A DNA stretch of 61,325 bases, filler included. It is 4 parts of 4 records of this genome, joined end to end, with 100 filler letters (N's around TTAATTAATTAA, not from the genome) between each part and the next. Parts side by side here need not be neighbours in the genome. Positions count along the whole stretch, not along the records: positions 1 to 28,021 come from SRR31156797_10940; 3 more parts are not named here. One strand, 5' to 3'. The notes beneath the pieces were generated by a model. It was not told where the DNA came from and searched no databases. It saw only the letters and a list, made by a program, of their open reading frames with translations. Numbering within the stretch: the first letter of the stretch is position 1; each line of letters starts with the position of its first letter. The position numbers were made by a program, and so were the translations under genes. This document shows positions 1 through 10,216 of the stretch, piece after piece.

Positions 1-12
1 GAAACGGCGTAT

Positions 13-2685
13 TTAGGGTACGGGAGAAGATCCCAGACTTTCCCGTATGGCAACCAGGATTGTGGAATATTCAAAATCGTCGGCGGTATCCGCCAATGCG
101 TCTGCCAGATAGGGATCGTGAGGGCGAATGTGGGAAATGACCTGTGCAATGCCATCCATGTCACAGGATAGGACCGATTCCTCAAGTCGGGAGGTGAGAT
201 CCGAAAGTAACGCCGTCAATGCTTCCGGCCTCAGTCCCATCAAAGCATTGGCCGGCTGTTCCGCCTCATTCATTTTTTCTTCATCTTCCTCTTTTCGTAA
301 GTATTTTGTTAAAACCTGAACTAATTTATTAACTTCGATCGGCTTGGTTAAATAATCTAAAATACCTACAGCCAAGGCTTTCTTCTGCTGGTCGACAATG
401 ACGTCTGCGGATAGCATTACAACAGGAATATCTGTGCATTGTGGATAGGAATGAAGCTGCTTGGTCGCTGTAATTCCGTCCATTCTTGGCATATGCAAAT
501 CCATCAAGATTAAATCCGGACGCTTGTCCGATGAACAAAGTTCTAATGTTTTTTCAATGCAGATTTCTCCATCATCAGCTAGCTGGATAGCCAATCCCAA
601 CTTATCAAACATGATTTTTATCATTTTCCGGCTAACGGGATCATCTTCAACTACCAGGATTATATTATCTTTTGAAAAACATAATTCGTTTGATTCTTCT
701 TGAAGTGCGGTTTGTGAAACAATTTCTTTCAGGGGGAGGCGGGCCCAGAAGATGGAACCTTTCCCGGGAGAACTCTCTATCCCCATCTCACCCCCTAATA
801 GTTTTACCATCTTTTTGGTAATCGCCAGGCCAAGTCCCGTTCCACCATATTTCCGTGTAATAGAAGCATCCACCTGTTCAAACGGTTCAAAGATAGCCTT
901 TTGACGATCCGGCGGTATTCCGATACCTTCATCAATTACTTGAATAACCAATTGGGCGTTGTTATCCCTGAACGCTTTAATGCTGACCTTTTTGCCTTTT
1001 GGTGTGAATTTAATGGCATTGCCGGTCATATTCATCAAAATATGGTTGAGTTTATTTCGATCCGAAAGAATCTTTTCAGGCAGGGAGGCATCTATATCAT
1101 ATGAAAATTGAAGTTGTTTCGTTCGGGTTGAGGCGAGATTAACGTGATAAATAGTTTCCGTGAGCAATTTAATATCCACCTCTTCTTCTATCACATCCAT
1201 TCTGCCGGATTCGATTTTAGAAAGATCTAAAATGTTGCCAATCATCTCAGAGAGTTTTTCTCCACCCACGACAATGTAATTCACGTACTCTTGAATATTT
1301 TTCGACATCAAACTCTCTTTTAATTCCATCTGAAGAATCTGACCAAATCCGATAATGGCATTCAGGGGAGTGCGGATTTCATGGCTCATATTGGCCAGGA
1401 ATTGAGATTTGGCGCGATTAGCGATTTCAGCTTCTTCTTTGGCAACAATGTTTTTTTCCGATACTTGTTGTGCAAGGAGTTTGGCTTTTCGTTCCTGATT
1501 AATTTTATCCGCCAAACCAAAAGAGAATAGCAACATTTCAAAGATAGATCCGATGAGTATGGCGTTTTCGGTAATAAATGAACTGGGAAAAACCCCCAAA
1601 GCTTTTAAATCTCGGATAATTACACCAACAAGCAATACAAACCAAGCAAACAAATAAAACTGAGATGCCGGGACTTTTCTCCTCCAACAGATAATTCCGG
1701 CAACAATGGCTAAGCATACACAGATTACTGTTAGAGCATAAAGAAGCATCATGGTTGTTGGATTCTTGATAAAAGTGGATATCACTCCCATGAACAAAGC
1801 AACCCAAATAATAAGGATAGCTATTTTATTAAATGACGGCAGGTTTTGTTTTAAATTGAGATAACTTCTGACAAATAAACTCGCAAAAACCAAACTGACG
1901 GAGACAAATATGTTTGTAGCCCGATCCCCCCACACGGGTGATGCAGGCCAAAGATATTCATTGGCCATTCCGGTGACGGACAAGTTTAAAATTAACATTG
2001 CGCATAAAAATATTACGTAATAAATGTACGTTGGTTCTCGAATTGAAACGTATAGAAACAGATTATAGAAAATCATGCTGATTAGAATCCCGAAGTATAG
2101 AGAATATCCGGTGTATTCATTTTTTATATTTTCTATAAAGGCTTTGGTACTTAAAAGCATCAAAGGCAAGTCCATCACGCCGTTGGTCTGAATTCGCAGA
2201 TAAACCGTTATCGATTGATGGGCGGTTTGGGTCAGCGCGAAAACAAAATGGTGGTTGGGGATCTCTCGTTGCTGAAAAGGCAATAACTCTCCACTATGGG
2301 TCACTTTTTGCAGTTTGTTCTCTGTAAAAATGTAGACTTTGATATGGTCTAAAAATGGATTGGCGATTTTAAGAAAAACTTGATTTGTGAACGGAAATGG
2401 ATTTTCCAGCTGAAATTTAACCCAAAATATAGATCTGGTTACGCCATAATTGGGCGCTTTTTTTTTGTTAGGAATCCATTTTCCCACAAACTCATCCGAC
2501 CTAACATCTTTGATTGTCCACTCTCCAACCCTGTCTTCCAAAATATCCAAATGCGGCCCCATTGGATAGATCCCCCGGCCTTCTTCTAATAAAATCGGAG
2601 TTGCCGCTTGAATATGGAGTGGCAGCGCGAAAATTAATATCAATATGATTTTTCCGAAAAAGATGATTCGTCTTGAAATGATCAA
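13..2685 (-). CDS. Hybrid sensor histidine kinase (7TM-DISM extracellular + 7TM, HisKA, HATPase, REC)
   Basis: Signal-like N-terminus, seven hydrophobic segments, H-box [15 protein letters not shown]-box NAIKFT, DEGIGI and GGTGLGL boxes, receiver [12 protein letters not shown]...KP. Confidence 0.9.
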   Translation of the reverse strand: MIISRRIIFFGKIILILIFALPLHIQAATPILLEEGRGIYPMGPHLDILEDRVGEWTIKDVRSDEFVGKWIPNKKKAPNYGVTRSIFWVKFQLENPFPFTNQVFLKIANPFLDHIKVYIFTENKLQKVTHSGELLPFQQREIPNHHFVFALTQTAHQSITVYLRIQTNGVMDLPLMLLSTKAFIENIKNEYTGYSLYFGILISMIFYNLFLYVSIREPTYIYYVIFLCAMLILNLSVTGMANEYLWPASPVWGDRATNIFVSVSLVFASLFVRSYLNLKQNLPSFNKIAILIIWVALFMGVISTFIKNPTTMMLLYALTVICVCLAIVAGIICWRRKVPASQFYLFAWFVLLVGVIIRDLKALGVFPSSFITENAILIGSIFEMLLFSFGLADKINQERKAKLLAQQVSEKNIVAKEEAEIANRAKSQFLANMSHEIRTPLNAIIGFGQILQMELKESLMSKNIQEYVNYIVVGGEKLSEMIGNILDLSKIESGRMDVIEEEVDIKLLTETIYHVNLASTRTKQLQFSYDIDASLPEKILSDRNKLNHILMNMTGNAIKFTPKGKKVSIKAFRDNNAQLVIQVIDEGIGIPPDRQKAIFEPFEQVDASITRKYGGTGLGLAITKKMVKLLGGEMGIESSPGKGSIFWARLPLKEIVSQTALQEESNELCFSKDNIILVVEDDPVSRKMIKIMFDKLGLAIQLADDGEICIEKTLELCSSDKRPDLILMDLHMPRMDGITATKQLHSYPQCTDIPVVMLSADVIVDQQKKALAVGILDYLTKPIEVNKLVQVLTKYLRKEEDEEKMNEAEQPANALMGLRPEALTALLSDLTSRLEESVLSCDMDGIAQVISHIRPHDPYLADALADTADDFEYSTILVAIRESLGSSPVP

Positions 2686-4208
2686 TCCATCGGCTCCAGT
2701 TTCTTCAGTCGCCGGTGAAGGGATTGCCTGGATATATTGAGTGCTCTGGCCGTACTGGATTTGTTATGATTGTGCCGGGCCAGGGCCGACAGGATAATTT
2801 CTTTTTCTGTTTGCAGTAGCGTTTCATCCAGATCGCAAATCGGCCCGATTTTCTTGTTTTGCGGCATTTGATTTTTTTCAGGGGCGAAGGATAGGGGGGG
2901 CGAAACAGGCATGATGGATGTTTCAAGGCCTGGAAAATGATCCGGGGTCAGTGTGGCACTGTCGCAGAGAATCAGCGCTCTTTCAATCATATTTTTGAGC
3001 TCCCTGACGTTCCCCGGAAATCCGTAGCCTTCGAGACACGGGACCAATTGCGGTGGGATATGGGGGATAGGCTTCCTCAGCTTCTCGGCAAAAACCTTGA
3101 CAAAATAATTGATCAATAAAGGGATATCCTCCCGCCGTTCTTTCAGGGGAGGAACATGAATGGTGAATGTATTCAGTCGGTGGTAAAGGTCGTTTCGAAA
3201 TCCTCCCGCCTGAATCCGTTCCGCCGGATTTTGATTGCTTGCCGCAATGATGCGCACATCCACCGGAATCGATTGTTGATCTCCCACCCGGGTAATCCGG
3301 CGTTCTTCCAGCACCCGGAGCAGTTTGACCTGGCAGCTCAGGGGCATTTCGCTGATTTCATCAAGAAATAATGTACCGTTATGGGCGGTTTCAAACCATC
3401 CCCGACGATGGCTTATTGCATGGGTAAATGCCCCTTTTTTATGCCCGAAGAACTCGCTTTCAAAAAGGTTTTCCATCACTGCCGAGGTATTGACTGGACA
3501 GAACAGACTTTTCTTGCGGGGGCTTAAATAATGAATCCCCCTGGCAACCAGCTCTTTTCCCGTCCCGCTGTCACCGGTAATCAGCACAGAGGTATCTTTG
3601 GCGGATGCCACTTTTTTCATCAAGGTCAGCACCTTATGCATGGCGGGGCTTGCACTGATCAACTGAGTGCCCATGTGCTTTTCCATATCCTGATTCAGCA
3701 TTTCATGGGCACTTTGCATTAGCTTCATTTTTCGAACCATTACCAGATATTTGCCGGTTCGTTCGACGGCAAGCTCGATTTCGTGTAGCCGAAACGGTTT
3801 TGTCAGATAATCGGAAGCCCCTGCCCGCAACGCTTTGATGGTGCTCTCCATGTGGCCGTGACCGGTGATCATGATCACTTCCATGTCGGGATATAGCGCT
3901 TTGACCTTTTCAAGCAGTGTCAATCCATCCATTTCCGGCAGTTTGATATCCAGTATGAAAATGTCGGGTCGATACCGCTCCAGAAGCGCCATTGCCCGTG
4001 ACGGCAAAGCCGCCGAATGGACGATAAATCCTTCCCGCTCCAGAAAAAACTCTTCGAGTTCCTGTCGGATCCATGGATCATCATCCAGAATCAGCAGGGT
4101 AATGGGGGGGGGTAGATAGGGGGCTGCGGTATGGGATAGCGTAGGACCATTTGACGCCTTTTCATTAATGCCCGTATATTCCTTGTTATTTGAAATCCGT
4201 TCCATCAA
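2682..4208 (-). CDS. Sigma54-dependent NtrC-family response regulator (REC-AAA+-Fis HTH)
   Basis: REC (LDDD, LDIKLP), Walker [22 protein letters not shown], Walker [15 protein letters not shown]-terminal HTH. Confidence 0.92.
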   Translation of the reverse strand: MMERISNNKEYTGINEKASNGPTLSHTAAPYLPPPITLLILDDDPWIRQELEEFFLEREGFIVHSAALPSRAMALLERYRPDIFILDIKLPEMDGLTLLEKVKALYPDMEVIMITGHGHMESTIKALRAGASDYLTKPFRLHEIELAVERTGKYLVMVRKMKLMQSAHEMLNQDMEKHMGTQLISASPAMHKVLTLMKKVASAKDTSVLITGDSGTGKELVARGIHYLSPRKKSLFCPVNTSAVMENLFESEFFGHKKGAFTHAISHRRGWFETAHNGTLFLDEISEMPLSCQVKLLRVLEERRITRVGDQQSIPVDVRIIAASNQNPAERIQAGGFRNDLYHRLNTFTIHVPPLKERREDIPLLINYFVKVFAEKLRKPIPHIPPQLVPCLEGYGFPGNVRELKNMIERALILCDSATLTPDHFPGLETSIMPVSPPLSFAPEKNQMPQNKKIGPICDLDETLLQTEKEIILSALARHNHNKSSTARALNISRQSLHRRLKKLEPMD

Positions 4209-5560
4209 TCCTTGCGCTGTTTGAAAAATCTCGGAAGTAAAATCCGCAGGGTCGTTCCTTTGCCTTTTTCAGTATCCACATCGATCCGTCCACCATATTC
4301 CTTGATAATACCATAGCTTATGGATAAACCCAAGCCCGTGCCTTGCTCAGGCGGTTTGGTGGTAAAAAACGGGTCGAAAATTTTATGGGCGGTTGCGGTA
4401 TCCATGCCGTTACCGGTATCCGTCATATGGATGAAAACATTTTCGGCATCCCAATCCAAGGTAATCTCAATACGGTTGGCCGGCAACAACGCTTCTTTTG
4501 ATCTCTCAAGGGGCTGTTTTTGCACCTCCTCATTTTTCAACTTCTCTTTTTTTTGTTTTTGATGAATGGCATCCCGAGCATTGGAGAAGAGATTTAAAAG
4601 TACCTGTTCCAGCTTGTACCGATTGACTTTAATGAATGGCGGCGCATGGGTGGGAGAAAATTTGATGGTGATGCCATGATGGGCATATTGCTGCCGGATC
4701 ATGGAAATGGCATCTCGGCAAACATTTTCTGCTTTTACGATACGGACAGTGTCGTTGCTCTGTTCTCTGGAGAAAAGCCGGACGTGATCGATGATATTTT
4801 CGATTCGATTCACGTGATCTTGAAGCGTATCGAATTTTCGCTTGATATACGCCGGTTTGACCGTGCCGCTCATGATTTTATACATGACATTGTCAAGGGC
4901 CATGGCAATGCCGCTCAAGGGTTGGTTGATTTCGTGGGCCATACCGGCGGCCAGCTCGCCGAGGGATTCCAGTTTGGAACGCTGGATGAGAATTTCCTGT
5001 TGCCTTTGCAGTTTCCGAACCTCTTCTTGAACCCGGCGGGTTAGTTCCCTGTTGTTTTGTTCCAGGATCTTTTGCAGACGTTCCAGTTGTTTGTACGCTT
5101 TTCGGCGCTCGGTCACTTCAATTAGCAGCGCCTGTTTTTGGTGTTCGAGTTGGGAGGTGAGTTGTTTGATATTGAGATGGGTGTTGATCCGGGCAATCAC
5201 TTCCGCTGAATTGAAGGGCCTGGTAATAAAATCCACCCCTCCAAGCCGGAATGCCTTTAATTTATCCGCCGTTTCATCCAGGCCACTGATAAAGATCACG
5301 GGAATGTGACGTGTCCGCGGATTTTCTTTGAGCTGTCTGCAGATCTCATATCCGTCGGGTGGCGGCATGACGATGTCGAGCAAGATCAGATCCGGGGGAG
5401 AATTGCAGGTGGAGGCAATCGCCATTTGTCCATCCCGGGCGGGACGGACATGAAATTCGTGGTTCTTCAATATTCCCACCAGTACCCGCAAGTTTTCTGC
5501 TGAATCATCGACAACGAGAATGGTGGCATTTTCCGATTTTGGAGTCGTAGGGGCGTACAT
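4205..5560 (-). CDS. Cytoplasmic REC-HisKA-HATPase hybrid kinase
   Basis: N-terminal receiver (VVDD, LLDIVMP), H-box AGMAHEINQP, NARDA, DTGNG, FFTTK, GTGLGL; 4-bp overlap with the next gene. Confidence 0.9.
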   Translation of the reverse strand: MYAPTTPKSENATILVVDDSAENLRVLVGILKNHEFHVRPARDGQMAIASTCNSPPDLILLDIVMPPPDGYEICRQLKENPRTRHIPVIFISGLDETADKLKAFRLGGVDFITRPFNSAEVIARINTHLNIKQLTSQLEHQKQALLIEVTERRKAYKQLERLQKILEQNNRELTRRVQEEVRKLQRQQEILIQRSKLESLGELAAGMAHEINQPLSGIAMALDNVMYKIMSGTVKPAYIKRKFDTLQDHVNRIENIIDHVRLFSREQSNDTVRIVKAENVCRDAISMIRQQYAHHGITIKFSPTHAPPFIKVNRYKLEQVLLNLFSNARDAIHQKQKKEKLKNEEVQKQPLERSKEALLPANRIEITLDWDAENVFIHMTDTGNGMDTATAHKIFDPFFTTKPPEQGTGLGLSISYGIIKEYGGRIDVDTEKGKGTTLRILLPRFFKQRKD

Positions 5561-5770
5561 TATTTATTACTTTAGGATTCGATGGTGTATTGCCGCTGTC
5601 GTACCGAATGTGCGCCCCTTTTCACGGCGTTGCTGACCGCGGGCTGTTTGAGGAGCAGTTGTCGAACAAGCGCAGTTGGATGGTGACTGAAAGAGAGGCT
5701 CCTGTCAATACAAAAAAGGGAGGAAAAAGAAATGAAAACGGAAAACCCTGGGGAACCGTAAAGCGCGGTT

Positions 5771-6424
5771 TCACATCTTATCGAGCTGTTCCAGGTGATA
5801 GACGAGGTTTTCAAATTTGATGGACAGATCCGCGTTTTCAATAACACACTTTTTTCGTGTTCGGATCTGAATGGTGGTGAAGTTCAGGATTGCTCCGACG
5901 CCCCCTTCCTGAAGGAGGTGGGCAACCCGCTGTGCTTCATGGGGAGGGGTTGTTATGAGCCCGATTTCAATGCCCAGTTCCTTGACCACTGTTGAGATGC
6001 TTGACGCCGCTTGGATGGTCAATCCGCAAGCGAGTTTTTTGCCTGTCTTTCTGCTATTGGAATCAAAAGCGGCTTTGACGATGTAACCCCGTTTTCTGAA
6101 ATTTTCGCTTTGAACCAGACTGCTTCCCAGATGTCCCATACCCACAATGCAGAGTGCCCATTCCCGGTCCGTTGCCAGAATACCCTTGATGGCATTCAGC
6201 AGATCCCGTACATCGTACCCCACACCTCTGATGCCGAATTCGCCGAAATACGCAAGGTCTTTTCTGACCTGGGCGGGGTTTACACCACAGAGCCCCGCCA
6301 GTTTTTGGGATGATATGACCGGTAGTCCGCTTTCGAGCAGAATCTCAAGGGGCCTGGAATAGACGGCAAGCCGCTTAATGGTAGGGTTTGGTATTTTAGA
6401 TTCCTTGGACATGGGGAGATCCAT
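5771..6424 (-). CDS. rex: Redox-sensing transcriptional repressor Rex
   Basis: IPNPTIKRLAVY, QVRKDLAYFGEFGIRGVGY winged helix, Rossmann GMGHLG. Confidence 0.95.
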   Translation of the reverse strand: MDLPMSKESKIPNPTIKRLAVYSRPLEILLESGLPVISSQKLAGLCGVNPAQVRKDLAYFGEFGIRGVGYDVRDLLNAIKGILATDREWALCIVGMGHLGSSLVQSENFRKRGYIVKAAFDSNSRKTGKKLACGLTIQAASSISTVVKELGIEIGLITTPPHEAQRVAHLLQEGGVGAILNFTTIQIRTRKKCVIENADLSIKFENLVYHLEQLDKM

Positions 6425-6443
6425 CCTGATGCTGAAAAGTGCA

Positions 6444-6461
6444 TTGTGAAATAATGCACAT
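6444..6461. promoter_or_regulatory. Putative Rex operator
   Basis: TTGTGAAATAATGCACAT matches TTGTGAA-N4-TTCACAA with 2 mismatches, 20 bp upstream of rex. Confidence 0.7.
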
Positions 6462-6467
6462 AGGCTG

Positions 6468-6504
6468 AAAAAAAGAGAGCCTACTTTCGCAGGCTCTCTT
6501 TTTT
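6468..6504 (-). terminator. Intrinsic terminator after atpE
   Basis: AAAAAAAGAGAGCCT-loop-AGGCTCTCTTTTTT hairpin with T-tracts on both strands. Confidence 0.8.
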
Positions 6505-6516
6505 AAAAGCGGTTAA

Positions 6517-6897
6517 TTAAGCACCCAGAGACTTAACGATGAGCTCGTGCATGCCTCCCAGGTCCGGAATCTTGAAAACAAGGATAAAGCAGATAACCAG
6601 AGCGTAAATACAGAGGGACTCAATCAGAGCCAGACCGATGATCATGGTGGTCATGATTTTACCGCCTGCTTCCGGGTTTCTTGCTGTTCCCTGAAGGGCG
6701 CCATTAATGGCATTACCCATACCGATACCGGTACCCATGGCAGCCATTCCGATGCCGAGTCCACAGGCAATGGCGATTCCGAAGAATACCCAAAGACCGG
6801 CAGCCTTGACAGCCGCATCCTCAGCCGCAAATGCCATGGAAGCTGAACCGATCACCATGACTGCTGCGAAAATACCAACCAGCGTTTTCTTGTTCAT
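6517..6897 (-). CDS. atpE: F0 ATP synthase subunit c with N-terminal extension
   Basis: GxGxG helix, ARNPE loop, IESL carboxylate; SD GGAGG. Confidence 0.95.
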   Translation of the reverse strand: MNKKTLVGIFAAVMVIGSASMAFAAEDAAVKAAGLWVFFGIAIACGLGIGMAAMGTGIGMGNAINGALQGTARNPEAGGKIMTTMIIGLALIESLCIYALVICFILVFKIPDLGGMHELIVKSLGA

Positions 6898-6996
6898 AGT
6901 AGACCTCCTTTCCTTAGAATTTTTTTATGGCCTTCTTCCATAAACCTATATAGCCTCTGAAAAGAGGCGTTTTTGTTTTTTAAAGCCCCTTATGTA

Positions 6997-7686
6997 TTAG
7001 TGGGCATGTTCCATGGCGCCCACGAAGTACATGGTGGCCAGGAGCATGAAAACCAGTGCCTGAATAAAGCATACCAGGATACCCAGGAACATGATGGGGA
7101 GCGGTGCAAGATAAAGACCGGCCAAACCGAACAGGATGGCCAAAACCATTTCTTTCCCGAAAATATTTCCAAAAAGTCGAACGCTCAGGCTCATGATGCG
7201 TGCCAGATGACCGATCAGCTCAATGGGGAACATCAAGGGGATGAGCCACCATACGGGACCACAGAAATGCTTGATGTATTTGGCGCCGTGGAATTTGATG
7301 CCGATGACGTGGGTGTAAATAAAGGTACATAGTGCCAGGGCCAGGGTGGTGTTGAGATTGGCCGTGGGGGAGAACATTCCCGGAATGAGGCCGATGAGAT
7401 TCGAAACAAGAACAAAGAGGAATACGGTAGCGATAAAAGGAAAGAAGAACCTTCCCTCGGGTCCCGTGATTTCCACCATGAAGTTCTCAAGACCGCTGAT
7501 CAGTACCTCAAAAAAGTTCTGCCCGCCTTCTGGGACAATTTTGACTTTCTTGGCGAAGAAAAGGGCGCTCAAAATCAGGATGAGCATGGTGAGCCACGTG
7601 TAGTTGACATGGGAATATTGATGGGCGAAATGTTCAAACCCCATGGCGGACAGAATTGCGTCAATGAAAAAAATTGGATGCTCCAT
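6997..7686 (-). CDS. atpB: F0 ATP synthase subunit a
   Basis: SNLIGLIP, PTAN, SLSVRLFGNI, IQALVF motifs. Confidence 0.95.
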   Translation of the reverse strand: MEHPIFFIDAILSAMGFEHFAHQYSHVNYTWLTMLILILSALFFAKKVKIVPEGGQNFFEVLISGLENFMVEITGPEGRFFFPFIATVFLFVLVSNLIGLIPGMFSPTANLNTTLALALCTFIYTHVIGIKFHGAKYIKHFCGPVWWLIPLMFPIELIGHLARIMSLSVRLFGNIFGKEMVLAILFGLAGLYLAPLPIMFLGILVCFIQALVFMLLATMYFVGAMEHAH

Positions 7687-7689
7687 AGC

Positions 7690-8079
7690 TTATACTGCCT
7701 CCCGCGAAGATGTTCTAAAAGCAGCCCGAATCCCGAAATTCAGGATACTGAGCACAACGATAGAAAGACCGACAGCCAGACCCAGAGGATTTACCCAGCC
7801 GTTGGTGATAAGGATATAAATGATCAGACCCATAATGGCAAGCCTAAAATAAAATTTTGCAATCAACGCCATTTTTTTACTTTTCAGGATGGTCTGATCA
7901 GAGAAAGCCTTGCGCATGGTGTGGTGCAAAAGACTGAAGTTGGCGATAATGATAAGCCCGCCCAGAATCACTCCGAGGGTGAATTGGGCTTTCATGAAAA
8001 TACCGCTCACAGCGCCTAATATGAACAGAATAATCCAATTAAAGGTTTTGATATCCTGTAGCTTTTTAGCGATCATCAC
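7690..8079 (-). CDS. atpI: ATP synthase protein I
   Basis: Four-TM small protein directly upstream of atpB. Confidence 0.75.
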   Translation of the reverse strand: MMIAKKLQDIKTFNWIILFILGAVSGIFMKAQFTLGVILGGLIIIANFSLLHHTMRKAFSDQTILKSKKMALIAKFYFRLAIMGLIIYILITNGWVNPLGLAVGLSIVVLSILNFGIRAAFRTSSREAV

Positions 8080-8294
8080 ATGTCTTTTGCTTTATTATAA
8101 AGGATATAAAGATTCCTGAACGCAGCGGCAATGCCGAACCCCAGGAAAATGAAAAAAAGCCATGGCTTCGTATCAAAATATTTGTCCAGATAGAAACCGG
8201 CCAATGCGCCGATAGCGATGGAAAAGGCCATGGCCATGCCGACGCTGCTCACAAAACCTAAGCTTTTGATCTGCTTTTTTAGATCTTCATCCAT
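8076..8294 (-). CDS. AtpZ/AtpI-family small membrane protein
   Basis: SSVG...GFYLDKYFDTKPW motif; start moved to ATG at 8294 to avoid overlap with rlmN. Confidence 0.8.
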   Translation of the reverse strand: MDEDLKKQIKSLGFVSSVGMAMAFSIAIGALAGFYLDKYFDTKPWLFFIFLGFGIAAAFRNLYILYNKAKDM

Positions 8295-8376
8295 GGTGTC
8301 TGAGCATCCAGCCTTTCCGGGATACCAATTCCCGTTCACAGCCCGTGGGCTTCCTACCACAGAATTTTGGAGAAAG

Positions 8377-9417
8377 TCAACAGAATTTTGATTCAAATGC
8401 ACCCTTTAACTGTCCACACGCCGCCAGAATATCGCGGCCTTTGCTTTTTCGAATGATGGCGGTGAAATGCCTGTCCGTGAGTATTTTCTGGAAATGAAGG
8501 ATCCTGTCCATGGAAGGCGGAATCATGTTTGATTCCTCTTCCGCGTTCAGTGGGATCAGGTTGATTTTCGCCCTGAGTCCTGAAAGCAGTCGGCATATGT
8601 TGTGTGCATCCCGGTCCCGGTCATTGATATCCTTTATGAGAATGTACTCGAAGGTGATCATCCGCCGATTGGGCAGGGGGAATGATTTGCAGGCCCGGAT
8701 CAATTGGTCCAGGGGATATTTCCGGTTGATGGGCATGAGGCGGCTACGGGTTTCATCATCCGCTCCGTTCAGCGAAACCGCCAGGTTGACGGTGATGTCG
8801 CGCGCCAGCCGATAAATTTCAGGGACCAGGCCGCAGGTGGAAAGGGTGACCTTGCGGTGGGAAAAATTCATGCCGTCCGGTTCAATGAGGTTTCGAAGAG
8901 CTTTGATCACCGCATCATAATTGGCCAACGGCTCTCCCATGCCCATTAACACGATGTTTTTCAACCGATCCGGGTATTCCAGGGATCTTTTTGCCAGGAT
9001 GACCTGTTCAATGATTTCGCCGGGCGTTAGATTTCTCCTAAATCCCTGTTTCCCCGTTGCACAGAACAAACAATTCATGGCGCAACCGACCTGTGAGGAG
9101 ATACACAGGGTCAGATGGTCCCTTTCCGGAATGAGCACGGTTTCGATGACATGGCCGTCATGTAACCGGTGAAGATATTTTCGGGTACCGTCTTCGGATT
9201 CCACGGCTTTGAGTTGACGTAAGGGCGCGATATCCCCTTTCTCTTTGAGCAGGGTGCGCAACGTCTTGGGCAGGTTATCCATTTCGTCAAAGGATTTGAC
9301 GAATCGCGTCAGGGCCCAGTGCCGGATCTGCCGGCCCCGGTACGCTCCCAATCCATGGCTTACGGCCCAATCTTCAATTTCAGCCGCGCTCAGCCCCTTG
9401 AGATCGGTTCTGGTCAT
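8377..9417 (-). CDS. rlmN: Dual-specificity RNA methyltransferase RlmN (radical SAM)
   Basis: CISSQVGCAMNCLFC, MGMGEP, AACGQL; start at MTRTDL (9417). Confidence 0.95.
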   Translation of the reverse strand: MTRTDLKGLSAAEIEDWAVSHGLGAYRGRQIRHWALTRFVKSFDEMDNLPKTLRTLLKEKGDIAPLRQLKAVESEDGTRKYLHRLHDGHVIETVLIPERDHLTLCISSQVGCAMNCLFCATGKQGFRRNLTPGEIIEQVILAKRSLEYPDRLKNIVLMGMGEPLANYDAVIKALRNLIEPDGMNFSHRKVTLSTCGLVPEIYRLARDITVNLAVSLNGADDETRSRLMPINRKYPLDQLIRACKSFPLPNRRMITFEYILIKDINDRDRDAHNICRLLSGLRAKINLIPLNAEEESNMIPPSMDRILHFQKILTDRHFTAIIRKSKGRDILAACGQLKGAFESKFC

Positions 9418-9424
9418 GGATGGG

Positions 9425-10099
9425 TCACTCCGGTTTTGAAAGTTCGGTTTTGCAGGTTCTGAGCTGCGCCAGCTCCCAAACATAGTCGTACAGGTGAAGG
9501 CCTTTGCTGGATGCAATGATCTCACCATCCTCAATACCGATTGAGGATGCCATATACTCTTTTAAAAGCTGGATGGCGCCCAGGTTGGCCGGCAGACCGT
9601 TCCACAGATCCCAGGATCTGAAATAGATGATGAAATGGAGTTTCCCGTCATTAATTCGGGTGTCAATACCCCTTAAGCAGGGCGGATCTACCAGATGAAT
9701 CGCCTGTGGGTCTCCCACGGTCATGTAAGCCTGGTTGGTTCCAAAACCATCCTCTCTGTACATGCGGATGACTTCTTCGATCTGGGGTTCCAGGTATTGG
9801 CCGTAGGTATAATCCTCTCCCGGTTGTTTGGCGGATGTCATGAGGTAGGGCAGATATTCTTCAATATAGCCATCGGCCACGGGGTTCGGGATCCCCAGGG
9901 CCGGCGGGATTTCAGGCAAAAGCGGTCGCTGTCCGGGAAATTTGATATGGATGGTGACGAAATCGAATTCGAGCCGCTTCTGGCCTTTGAAACTGCCCCG
10001 GTCAATGACGTACTCCCTGCCTGTTTCCAGAAGCCGGTAGACGCACTGAAACCAGGCATCAGCAAGGTCTCGGGCTTCTATGAATTCCAGTTGCATCAT
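9425..10099 (-). CDS. Short archaeal-type thymidylate synthase-like protein
   Basis: YTYG, catalytic PPC, FRSWD, GLPAN, HLY motifs in 224 aa. Confidence 0.8.
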   Translation of the reverse strand: MMQLEFIEARDLADAWFQCVYRLLETGREYVIDRGSFKGQKRLEFDFVTIHIKFPGQRPLLPEIPPALGIPNPVADGYIEEYLPYLMTSAKQPGEDYTYGQYLEPQIEEVIRMYREDGFGTNQAYMTVGDPQAIHLVDPPCLRGIDTRINDGKLHFIIYFRSWDLWNGLPANLGAIQLLKEYMASSIGIEDGEIIASSKGLHLYDYVWELAQLRTCKTELSKPE

Positions 10100-10216
10100 G
10101 GCGGATGACTCCTTGAGGGTGGATAAAATTATCTTTTTCTAGTACATACAGAATTCTTTCCGTAAAGGCAACCAGATCCGTGTGTCTGCCGGATATGATG
10201 AATACCAAGGTGAAAG

